Of a DNA stretch of 64,000 nt, positions 29,438 to 38,050 are shown piece by piece. Within the stretch, counting starts at the first letter, position 1; each line of letters opens with the position of its first letter. The stretch spans positions 51,822-115,821 of the forward strand of contig CAZEJB010000004.1 in assembly GCA_964512635.1 (NCBI GenBank), given 5' to 3'. Source of the stretch: an uncultured Planctomycetales bacterium. GTDB lineage: Bacteria > 4484-113 > JAFGCY01. Under the pieces are notes generated by a model. The model ran no database searches, was not told the origin of the DNA, and saw nothing but the letters and a program-made list of their open reading frames with translations. The translations under genes were made by a program, and so were the position numbers.

Positions 29438-30481
29438 CTAGGATTCAAACAGACTGGGTGTTTCCTCGCCATTACTCAGATCGCGGGGTGCGGGAAGGCC
29501 GAAGTATTCATACGCCCGGTAGGTCACCACTCTTCCGCGGGGTGTCTTCTGCAGCAGCCCAAGCTTCAGCAGATAGGGCTCATGAACTTCCGCCAGCACA
29601 TCGCGCTCCTCATGGAAGACCGCGGCCAGGGTGTCGAGCCCCACAGGTCCGCCGCCGAAGCGGTCCATAATGGCTTTCAGGATCTCCCGGTCCATGCGAT
29701 CCAGTCCCAGTGCGCTGATTCCGAGTGCCCCCAGCCCGCTGACGCAGGTATTCAGGTCGATGTTTTCGCTGCCATTGACCTGGGCGAAGTCGCGCATGCG
29801 TCGAAGCAGTCTGAGCGCAATGCGCGGTGTACCCCGGCTATGTTCGGCGAGATGCTGGCGGGCCTCATCGTCTATGCTCATGCCAAGAGCCGGGGCAGCG
29901 CGCAAGATGATGCGAGAGAGCTCTTCCGGAGTATAGAACTCCAGGTGGAAGAGCACGCCAAAACGGTCGCGCAGGGGTGCGCTGAGCAGGCCGGAGCGCG
30001 TTGTGGCTCCCAGCAGCGTAAAGGGCTCCAGGGGCAGGCTGATAGTCCGCGCTCCCGGCCCGGTGCCGGTCACGATATCGACCCGGAAGTCTTCCATCGC
30101 GCTGTAGAGAGTTTCTTCCACTCCACGGGGCAGCCGGTGGATCTCGTCGATGAACAGAGTCTGACCGGGAGCCAGTCCGCTGAGAATAGCCACCAGATCG
30201 CCGGGGCGCTCCAGCAGGGGCCCGGCGCTGACAGCCAGACTGGTATCCATTTCGGCTGAAATCAGATGGGCCAGCGTCGTCTTACCCAGACCTGGAGGAC
30301 CGCTGAATAGAATGTGCTCCAGCGCTTCTCCGCGCATTCGGGCCGCCGCGATCATGATTCGCAGGTTGCTGACAAGTCCTTCCTGGCCGATAAAGTCGTC
30401 AAGACGCCGCGGGCGCAAAGAAACAAACTCGGCATCCTCGCGGTGGGCCTGGTATCGCAGAACCTGATCAGCGCTGTCCAA
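29438..30481 (-). CDS. ruvB: Holliday junction branch-migration ATPase RuvB
   Basis: Walker A GPPGLGKTT, Walker B LFIDEIHRL, sensor/arginine motifs and a RuvB winged-helix C-terminus. Confidence 0.9.
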   Translation of the reverse strand: MDSADQVLRYQAHREDAEFVSLRPRRLDDFIGQEGLVSNLRIMIAAARMRGEALEHILFSGPPGLGKTTLAHLISAEMDTSLAVSAGPLLERPGDLVAILSGLAPGQTLFIDEIHRLPRGVEETLYSAMEDFRVDIVTGTGPGARTISLPLEPFTLLGATTRSGLLSAPLRDRFGVLFHLEFYTPEELSRIILRAAPALGMSIDDEARQHLAEHSRGTPRIALRLLRRMRDFAQVNGSENIDLNTCVSGLGALGISALGLDRMDREILKAIMDRFGGGPVGLDTLAAVFHEERDVLAEVHEPYLLKLGLLQKTPRGRVVTYRAYEYFGLPAPRDLSNGEETPSLFES

Positions 30482-30483
30482 AA

Positions 30484-31161
30484 CTAGACTCCCGGTCCCG
30501 AGTCGGCCGACGGGCCTTGAGGGTCCGGCGCGTGATGGCTCGCCGGGGATTTGTCCGGCGGGGCGGATCCCGGAGCAGGCTCGGTTGGAGTGCCGGGGTG
30601 CAACTGGGCCTGCATTGAGCCAAGACGCTCCCGCCGCCGCCGCCGCCGCTCGGCAGCCGGGCTGAGCTCCCCGTCCTCCCCAACTTCCTCGGGCTCGTCT
30701 TCCTCGGGGATCATGCCGCCGATCGCACGTTCAAACAGCAGCACGCCGTTCAGATGATCAAACTCGTGCTGAAGAACCCTCGCCATGAAGCCATCGAAAC
30801 GCTGCTCATGCTCGTGAAAGTCCAGATCATGAAACTTCAGCACAATGGCCAGGTGCCGTTCCACATTAGCCACCCAGCCCGGAATGCTCAGGCAGCCTTC
30901 GCGGGCGACATGCGTTTCATTAGAGACGGCGGTGATTTGTGGGTTGATGTAGCCGCGTACTTCCTCCGTCTCCGGGTTCATAGCGACAAAAAAGCGAATG
31001 CCCTTACCCACTTGCGGGGCGGCCAGTCCAACACCGATGTCCTGCATCGTCTCGCGCATGTGCTCAAAGAGCTGACGAATCTCGCCAAGCTCACGCTTTT
31101 CCACGCGGCGACAAGGCCGGGTGAGGATTTTGTTGGGTGCGATTACGATCGGCAAAGCCAT
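30484..31161 (-). CDS. def: peptide deformylase with ~70-aa C-terminal low-complexity extension
   Basis: PDF motifs: motif 1 GVGLAAPQVG, motif 2 EGCLSIPG, motif 3 HEFDHLNG. The extension is acidic, then Arg-rich, then Pro-rich. Confidence 0.85.
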   Translation of the reverse strand: MALPIVIAPNKILTRPCRRVEKRELGEIRQLFEHMRETMQDIGVGLAAPQVGKGIRFFVAMNPETEEVRGYINPQITAVSNETHVAREGCLSIPGWVANVERHLAIVLKFHDLDFHEHEQRFDGFMARVLQHEFDHLNGVLLFERAIGGMIPEEDEPEEVGEDGELSPAAERRRRRRERLGSMQAQLHPGTPTEPAPGSAPPDKSPASHHAPDPQGPSADSGPGV

Positions 31162-31245
31162 ACAAGTGAATTATAACCTAGCCATATGTAAAGTATCGTT
31201 GACTAAGTCTAATATTGAATATTGCCTGAAGGCACAAACACCCTC

Positions 31246-32583
31246 ATGCCGCTGAGGGGTTGGCGCTGGTATGCCTGGCTGATGGCTGGACGCCATGGTG
31301 GTCGCGAGGCCGCCCGCAGATTCCATGAACTGGAGCGCAGCCAGTGGCTGGACGCGCAGGAACTCAGGCGGTGCTGTGAAGATAAGCTGCGCGATCAGCT
31401 GGTCTTTGCGGCCGCGCATGTACCGCATTATGGCCATCTGGGCCCCGAACCGAACCTGCATGCCTTTCCTGTGCTGACCCGGACCACGCTGCAAAGGAAC
31501 CTCCGAAGCCTCACGTCTCCTCTGGCGACAGCCCGGCGCTCCTGGCGGCTGAACTCCAGCGGATCCAGCGGTGTTGTGGTCAGTGTATTGCGGGACCGAC
31601 AAACTCAAAGCTGGGCGACAGCCTGTGCCTGGCGCGGCGACTGCTGGGGAGCAGATCTCCAGCCAGAGATGCGACAAGTCAGCCTGCTGAGCAATATCGG
31701 GAACATTGTAGGAAGCCGACGCGCACTCAGCCCGGCGGGAGCCTGGCTCCACAACCGCTTCGTACTTGACGGCATGCATCTGAGTGTCGATCGAACTCGT
31801 ATACTGCTGAAACAGATCAGTGAGCTTCAGCCTGAGGTGCTATCCGGGTATCCCAGCGTCCTGTTGGTTCTGGCTCGGATTGGCCAGCTTTGTGGATTCT
31901 CCGCTCCGAAGCTCAAAAAAGTCCTTCCAACGGCCGAGACCTGCAGCCGCGAGGAGGCTCAGGAATTGGAGCTGTTTTTTGGCGCACCGGTCCTGCAGCG
32001 CTACGGCTCTCATGAATTCAGCGCCATGGCCCATCAGTGCGAACACGGTTCATGGCACTGGCATAGCGAGGTACTTAAGGTTGAGGTCCGTGCGCCGGAC
32101 GGTTCAATCCGGTCAGAAGGCAGAGGCAGCCTGCTTTGCACTTCTCTGGCAAACCAGTCCTTCCCGCTGGTGCGCTATGAGATCGGTGATGAGGTCGATC
32201 TAACTCCTGTCGCCTGTCCCTGCGGTCGAGGACTGCCTACGTTTTCTACAATTGAGGGACGAACCAAGGACTATGTCTATTGCCCTGATGGCAGCTGGAT
32301 CAGCGCACATGCCTTTCTTGCAGTCCTAAGACGTCTGCCGCTGCTGCAATTCCAGCTGATCCAGGAACAGCCGGATATGTTGCACCTGCTGCTAGTAGCA
32401 GAAGGGGTAGTTCCGCAGCCACAACTTGATTGGATCGCAGCAACTTTCTCAGAGATTCATGATGGCAGATTAGGACTCAGGATCCTGCAGGTCGAAGAAC
32501 TGGAACGAAGTCCTGGGGGCAAGCTGCTGCGCATGATCAGCCGAATACCTGAGAATCTGCTTTCCGGAGGAACACCGCAGTAG
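31246..32583 (+). CDS. PaaK/CapK/F390-synthetase-family adenylate-forming enzyme, array paralog 1
   Basis: VPHYGHLG (cf. PaaK VPMYRRKF), P-loop-like SSGSSGVVVSV, and PLVRYEIGDEVDLTPVACPCGRGLPTFSTIEGR. ATG at 31246 gives MPLRGWRWYAWL matching the other paralogs; track TTG at 31222. Confidence 0.7.
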   Translation: MPLRGWRWYAWLMAGRHGGREAARRFHELERSQWLDAQELRRCCEDKLRDQLVFAAAHVPHYGHLGPEPNLHAFPVLTRTTLQRNLRSLTSPLATARRSWRLNSSGSSGVVVSVLRDRQTQSWATACAWRGDCWGADLQPEMRQVSLLSNIGNIVGSRRALSPAGAWLHNRFVLDGMHLSVDRTRILLKQISELQPEVLSGYPSVLLVLARIGQLCGFSAPKLKKVLPTAETCSREEAQELELFFGAPVLQRYGSHEFSAMAHQCEHGSWHWHSEVLKVEVRAPDGSIRSEGRGSLLCTSLANQSFPLVRYEIGDEVDLTPVACPCGRGLPTFSTIEGRTKDYVYCPDGSWISAHAFLAVLRRLPLLQFQLIQEQPDMLHLLLVAEGVVPQPQLDWIAATFSEIHDGRLGLRILQVEELERSPGGKLLRMISRIPENLLSGGTPQ

Positions 32584-32640
32584 CAGCCTTCGAACCAGCG
32601 GGCCGCCCTTCGCAATTGATGTCTTGCAGCTTAGGCGATA

Positions 32641-33984
32641 ATGGGGCGGGGCAAAATGGGATTTCGCACCCTCATTTGGAAATGGAAAGCCGGCCTGGAC
32701 GGCAACCCGGTCTTTTCACGCTATGACAGCCTGATGCAAAGCCAGTGGTTTGTGCCATCAGCATTGCGTGAAATGACCGAAGATGCACTGCACAAGGTTC
32801 TGGCACATGCCGCAAAGACAGTGCCGTATTACAAACGGCGCGGCGCCGAGCCCGCATCTATTGACTCCTTCGGCGTGCTCAGCCGTGACCAGTTGATCAA
32901 TGGCTATGCAAATCTGCAATCAAACCAGCCGGGACCCATGCCGCATTGGCCAACCAGCTCCAGCGGTTCCTCCGGCCAGCCGGTTACAGTTGTACTAGAT
33001 AAGGAATGCAACAGCTGGAGGACAGCCAGCGCCTGGCGCGGCGATACTTTCGGCACCGGATTGAGCCCCGATGCAAGGCAGCTTGCCATCTGGGGTAACC
33101 CGATGGAAGTTAAGCTCACACGACGCCTCTTCCAGCGCTTGCTGAACTACTATCACAATCGATTCATCGTTGATGGCTTCACTATCACCCCTGAATCGGT
33201 CCGTGAGATTCATCAGCGCATGCACCAGTTGCGACCAAAAATCCTGTACGGCTATCCCGCGTCGCTGCATGGCTTTGTGTTGAGCGCTCGCGAGCAGAAC
33301 CTTGAACCAATTCCTGTCTGGCGCTTGATGACTACCGGTGAGCAGCTCAATGAGACGCAAAAGGAAGCCATCGGCAATTACTTCGGAGTTAAGGTCTGCG
33401 AGCGCTACGGCAGCCGCGAGTTTGGCTCTATGGCACACCAGTGCGAATATGGCACCTGGCACATCCACCAGGAGCACCTGCACTTTGAGGTGCGTTTACC
33501 CGATGGGCGGATCAGCGACAGCGGCACCGGAGACCTGCTGGTTACCAGTCTGCACAATTACACCATGCCGCTGATCCGTTACGACATCGGCGATATGGCT
33601 GACCTGACACCCGCCGAATGCCAATGCGGTCGAGGCCTGCGCACATTCACCAGTCTGCTTGGACGGCCCAGCGAGTTTATCTATACGCCCAGCGGCGTCT
33701 GGATCAATGCCAACCACTATCACGTGCTGCTGCGCGATGAGCCGGTGCGGCAGTTCCGATTCATCCAGGACACTCCCGGCGAGCTGCGTATGCTGATCGT
33801 CCCGCGGGACGAGATGACGATGGAACGGCTTGAACTGCTGCGTCGTCAAGGCGAAGTGATCGCAAAAAATGAACTCAAGCTGCATCTGGAAGTCGTTGAC
33901 CAGATTGATCCGCTGCCGAACGGTAAAAGCCCCGGTGTGCTGAATCTGCTGCCAAGGCCGGCTCTGCCGGGACTTCTGAGCTAA
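32641..33984 (+). CDS. PaaK/CapK/F390-synthetase-family adenylate-forming enzyme, array paralog 2
   Basis: TVPYYKRRG, SSGSSGQPVTVV, PLIRYDIGDMADLTPAECQCGRGLRTFTSLLGR. Stop TAA at 33982-33984 overlaps the stop of paralog 3. Confidence 0.7.
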   Translation: MGRGKMGFRTLIWKWKAGLDGNPVFSRYDSLMQSQWFVPSALREMTEDALHKVLAHAAKTVPYYKRRGAEPASIDSFGVLSRDQLINGYANLQSNQPGPMPHWPTSSSGSSGQPVTVVLDKECNSWRTASAWRGDTFGTGLSPDARQLAIWGNPMEVKLTRRLFQRLLNYYHNRFIVDGFTITPESVREIHQRMHQLRPKILYGYPASLHGFVLSAREQNLEPIPVWRLMTTGEQLNETQKEAIGNYFGVKVCERYGSREFGSMAHQCEYGTWHIHQEHLHFEVRLPDGRISDSGTGDLLVTSLHNYTMPLIRYDIGDMADLTPAECQCGRGLRTFTSLLGRPSEFIYTPSGVWINANHYHVLLRDEPVRQFRFIQDTPGELRMLIVPRDEMTMERLELLRRQGEVIAKNELKLHLEVVDQIDPLPNGKSPGVLNLLPRPALPGLLS

Positions 33985-35294
33985 CGCCTGCTGACCAGGT
34001 TAATCACGTGTGGATTCTTGCCGCTGGGAAGGGGTTCAATGCTCTCTACCAGTCGAAGGTCCACCCTAATCTGCTCTCCATGCAGGCTGGCAAAATCGGC
34101 CAGCAGGTTGCGACGCATGTCTGAGGTCAGCTCTTGCAGGCCCTGCAGTTGCAGCTCGAGGTGATCCGGGGCATCCTGGATGATCCTGAACCTCTCCAGC
34201 TTGAGCTGACGCAGGAAGTTCGTATAGGCCAGTGAGCTGATCAGCCGGCCGTCCGGGATGCTGATGTGTTCCGCGACCCGGCCTTCAATGCTGCTGAAAG
34301 TCGGCAGTCCGCGTCCGCAGTTGCAAGGCACTGGCGTCAGGTCGACGATATCGCCGATGTCGTAGCGCAGCAGGGGCATTGCGCGGTTACTCAGGGTGGT
34401 GCACAACAGGTGGCCCTTCCCGGAGCCATTGATGGCACCGTCGGACGACTGGACCTCAACCACAAAATTCTCACTATGCCAGTGCCAGGTACCCAGCTCG
34501 CACTGGTGAGCCATAGTGCCGATCTCACGGCTGCCGTAGCGCCCAAGTACAGGGCAGCCAAAGAAGTCCTGGAGCTGCACCTGCGTTTGTGGGCTGCAAT
34601 GCTCAGCGGTGGGAATCACTTTCTCCACAATTGGCGCAGCCAGACCGAGTCTCTCGCTGATACTGGCAAAGGCACTCAGCGCTGAGACATAGCCGTAAAT
34701 CAAAGCGGGCTTAAGCTGCCTGATACGAGCGTGGACGTGACGTACGCTTTCCTCATCCATTACAAAACAGTTGAGCAGGTAGCGGTTACGGTAAAAGGCG
34801 GACAGGGCCTCCAGCCATGGTGGACGCGGCGCGAGATCCCGTGAGTTCCCCCACAGGGCCACTTGCCGCGCACTGGACTGCAGGTTTGTACCCCAGGGGT
34901 CGGCGCGCAGAGCGGCTGCATGCCGCCATGCTGCGCTTTCCATGTCATAGACCACTGTCACGGGCTCGCCGGTGCTGCCAGAAGAACTGGCGCGGTGCAG
35001 ATGAGTGTGGCTGGCCGCGGCCGGCTGCAGGCTGCTGCCCAGCCGGCCGAGTTCCTGTCGTCCCAGCACCGGCAAGTCTGCCAGGCTTAGCTGGCTTTGG
35101 CGGTCGGCAAGGCTGTTGTAAAAGGGGACTTCGCGTGCCGCGAACTCAAGGATCTGTGACAATCGCTCGCGCTGATACTGCTGCAGCAGGGGGCTTTCCC
35201 ACCATTGCGATTCAACCAGACGGTCGTAACATGCCGCAGCAAGCCGCCCGGCCTCACCACCGAACACCTGCCACGCCAGCCACCGCCAGTCCAT
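33981..35294 (-). CDS. PaaK/CapK/F390-synthetase-family adenylate-forming enzyme, array paralog 3
   Basis: MDWRWLAWQ N-terminus, EVPFYNSLA, SSGSTGEPVTVV, PLLRYDIGDIVDLTPVPCNCGRGLPTFSSIEGR. Confidence 0.7.
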   Translation of the reverse strand: MDWRWLAWQVFGGEAGRLAAACYDRLVESQWWESPLLQQYQRERLSQILEFAAREVPFYNSLADRQSQLSLADLPVLGRQELGRLGSSLQPAAASHTHLHRASSSGSTGEPVTVVYDMESAAWRHAAALRADPWGTNLQSSARQVALWGNSRDLAPRPPWLEALSAFYRNRYLLNCFVMDEESVRHVHARIRQLKPALIYGYVSALSAFASISERLGLAAPIVEKVIPTAEHCSPQTQVQLQDFFGCPVLGRYGSREIGTMAHQCELGTWHWHSENFVVEVQSSDGAINGSGKGHLLCTTLSNRAMPLLRYDIGDIVDLTPVPCNCGRGLPTFSSIEGRVAEHISIPDGRLISSLAYTNFLRQLKLERFRIIQDAPDHLELQLQGLQELTSDMRRNLLADFASLHGEQIRVDLRLVESIEPLPSGKNPHVINLVSRR

Positions 35295-35341
35295 ACCAGT
35301 TCAATATAGCCGTAACGGAAGGCCGCGGCAAACCATGACTA

Positions 35342-36679
35342 TCAACCAGCATTGACCAGGCGACTGTGCAGACGGTTTACTACATAGGGGCTTTTGCCGC
35401 TGGGCAGGACAGGAATAGTCTCTACCTGCTGCATCTCGAAGCTGAAGTCTGCGCCCAGAACCTGTCTGAAGTGCTCGCGGATCGGTTCCAGCTCCGAGGC
35501 CAGCAGCTCACGCTCCGATTGCATCAGGAAGGTCATCCGGCCTTCGTCCTCGATGATGAACCGATACTTCACCAGGGGCAGATGCTGAAAGAAGCTGTTG
35601 AATGTGCACAGGTTGATCCAGCGTCCGTCGGAACACTTGATCAAGTCTGAGACCCTCCCTTCCATGCTGCAAAAAGTCTGCAGGCCGCGGCCGCATGAGC
35701 AGTCCACGGGCGTCAGATCCACGATGTCGCCGATTTCATATCGAATCAGCGGCATCGCCCGGCTGATCAGGCTTGTACAAAGCAGTCGCCCGCGGCCCTC
35801 AGTAGAGATGCTCCCATCTTCGCGCTGGACCTCCAGAAGAATCAGTTCACTGCTCAGGTGCCAGGTTTTGTGTTCGCAGCGACTGGCGATCAGTCCCATT
35901 TCATTAGATGCATAGCGGTCTGCAACAGAGCAACCAAAGAACTCCTCCATCCGGGAGCTGTCTTCGAGGCTGCATTGTTCGCCGCAAGGCACGACCTTTT
36001 CAAAACGCCAGGGCGAAATCCCGGCCCGGCGTCCAAAGTGCATGAATGCCTGTATAGCTGTGGTTGGTCCATAGAGCAACCGCGATCTGGTCCAGGCAAA
36101 ATGCTTGTTGAGCTCAGTGGCTCGTGCCTCGTTCATTTCGAAGCAGTTAAAGATGTAGCGATTGAAGAGGCGGTCAAAGAGCTTTGCCTTGATGCCCCTG
36201 ACTTTTCCTGAATCGCGCGCGCTGGCCCAAAGCCCTGCCTGTGGATCTGTTGGACGCAGGCTGGTCCCCCACAGGTCGCCGCGCAGGAGAGCGGCCCGTC
36301 GCAAGGCCTGCGCTGCAGCATCGACATAGACCGTGACCGGTTCGCCAGTGGAGCCCCCGGTGTTCCAGCGCGTGATTCGCCCTTCGTTCTGGTGCGGCGC
36401 CAGCAGCTCTTCAGCATGCCTGCGCAGCATTGCGCGTGTGATGACGGGGAAAGCTTCGAGTTTTGGGCTCAGATAGAGATTTCTGTAGTACGGAACAGCG
36501 CTCACCGCAAAATGCAATGTCTCTTCCAGGCGCTGTGCCCGTAGTTGTTCCAGTTGGCCCGGTGTCAACCACTGGCTTTGCAGCAACTGGTCGTAAGCGA
36601 GCGCGGTCGACCGCCAGATTTCGGGGTCATATATCTGCCAGGCCAGCCAGCGCCAGTCCACAGCTGAATCATAGCGCAA
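35342..36679 (-). CDS. PaaK/CapK/F390-synthetase-family adenylate-forming enzyme, array paralog 4
   Basis: VDWRWLAWQ, AVPYYRNLY, TGGSTGEPVTVY, PLIRYEIGDIVDLTPVDCSCGRGLQTFCSMEGR. Confidence 0.7.
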   Translation of the reverse strand: MRYDSAVDWRWLAWQIYDPEIWRSTALAYDQLLQSQWLTPGQLEQLRAQRLEETLHFAVSAVPYYRNLYLSPKLEAFPVITRAMLRRHAEELLAPHQNEGRITRWNTGGSTGEPVTVYVDAAAQALRRAALLRGDLWGTSLRPTDPQAGLWASARDSGKVRGIKAKLFDRLFNRYIFNCFEMNEARATELNKHFAWTRSRLLYGPTTAIQAFMHFGRRAGISPWRFEKVVPCGEQCSLEDSSRMEEFFGCSVADRYASNEMGLIASRCEHKTWHLSSELILLEVQREDGSISTEGRGRLLCTSLISRAMPLIRYEIGDIVDLTPVDCSCGRGLQTFCSMEGRVSDLIKCSDGRWINLCTFNSFFQHLPLVKYRFIIEDEGRMTFLMQSERELLASELEPIREHFRQVLGADFSFEMQQVETIPVLPSGKSPYVVNRLHSRLVNAG

Positions 36680-36691
36680 CTGTGATAGGGA

Positions 36692-37972
36692 CTATTGGAC
36701 GCTGCTGTTGTCGCGCTTCAGGAGATTCACGATGTGCGGGCTCTTGCCGCTGACCAATGGAGGGATTTCTTCGAGCTGCTCAAAGTCGACCCGGATCTGC
36801 CCTTGGAACAGTCGCTCAAAGCTCTCCAGTAGCTGGGCCCTGATCGAGCCATCAATCTGCCCTTGATACTCGAACTGCAGTGTGATGTGGTCAATGCTGT
36901 CCTGCACGATTCTGAACTTGCTGAACGGAGCAAGACGCAGGAAGCGTGTGAAGGCCATGCTGGAAATCCAGCGGCCGTCGGGACAGTAGACATGCTCGGC
37001 TACACGGCCTTCAATACTGCGGAATGTGGGCAGGCCGCGGCCGCAGGGGCAGTCGACGCCGTCGAGGTCCAGCAGGTCGCGGATGTCATAACGTATCGTC
37101 GGCATCAGACGATTGCTGAGGCTGGTACAAAGCAGGCTTCCCTGGCCGCTCTCGCTGATGCTGCCGTCAGGATGCTGAACCTCCAGGTAGAGGTGCTCGC
37201 AGTTCACATGCCAGTTGCCGTATTCACACTGGTGTCCCATCGGGCCCATCTCGCGTGACGCGTAACGTTCCAGTACTGCCGAGCCCTTGAAGAAATCCTG
37301 GATGTCGGCGCGGGCCTCTGGCGTGCACTGCTCGGCCGTTGGCATGACTTTTTCGATGTAAGGCGGGCGGAGGCCAAGTTCCCGGGCAAAGCGGATGTAG
37401 CCGACAAGCGAAGAAACATAGCCATAGAGAAACCGCGGTCGCCGGCGCAGAAGTTCGCGATGGATTCGCTGCGCCTGCTGTTGATCGATGATCCAGCAAT
37501 GGATGATCCAGCGGTTGTAAAGCCAGTCGTAAGCCCGGCTGCGAAGACTGGCACTCTGGCGTGAATCTCGCGGGTTGCCCCAGAGGCTCACGGTCGGGTC
37601 GGTCGGCCCGAAGCCTGCACCCCAGCTGTCGCTTCGATACAACGCGGCCCTTCGCCAGGCGAAGGTCTGTTCATCAAAATGGATGGTCGCCGGCTCACCT
37701 GTGCTTCCGCTGCTGGTGCCTTCGTAGCGCTTGCCAAGCGGCGGCGTATCAGAGTGCAGTCTGCGGGCCTCACGGGTAATCAGCTGTCGCGACAGGACCG
37801 GGAATTCTCGGATGTCGGCGGAAAGCCCCAGCTCACGGTAATAAGGCACAGTGTTAGCTGCGTGCTCAACAACGCCCCGCAATTGTTCGCGCTGATAGCG
37901 CTGCAGCTCCTCTGTGGGCCACCACTGGCTCTGCAAACACCAGTCGTAGCGCTGCGCAATGTGGCGGGCCAC
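36692..37972 (-). CDS. PaaK/CapK/F390-synthetase-family adenylate-forming enzyme, array paralog 5
   Basis: Shortest N-terminus (lacks the WRWLAWQ motif). TVPYYRELG, SSGSTGEPATIH, PTIRYDIRDLLDLDGVDCPCGRGLPTFRSIEGR. Confidence 0.7.
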   Translation of the reverse strand: MARHIAQRYDWCLQSQWWPTEELQRYQREQLRGVVEHAANTVPYYRELGLSADIREFPVLSRQLITREARRLHSDTPPLGKRYEGTSSGSTGEPATIHFDEQTFAWRRAALYRSDSWGAGFGPTDPTVSLWGNPRDSRQSASLRSRAYDWLYNRWIIHCWIIDQQQAQRIHRELLRRRPRFLYGYVSSLVGYIRFARELGLRPPYIEKVMPTAEQCTPEARADIQDFFKGSAVLERYASREMGPMGHQCEYGNWHVNCEHLYLEVQHPDGSISESGQGSLLCTSLSNRLMPTIRYDIRDLLDLDGVDCPCGRGLPTFRSIEGRVAEHVYCPDGRWISSMAFTRFLRLAPFSKFRIVQDSIDHITLQFEYQGQIDGSIRAQLLESFERLFQGQIRVDFEQLEEIPPLVSGKSPHIVNLLKRDNSSVQ

Positions 37973-38050
37973 ATCGCCGCCGTAGATTTGCCAGGCTGTC
38001 CAGCGCCAGTCCAGACTGCGAATGATAGCGCAGTGCAGGCGACAGACTGC

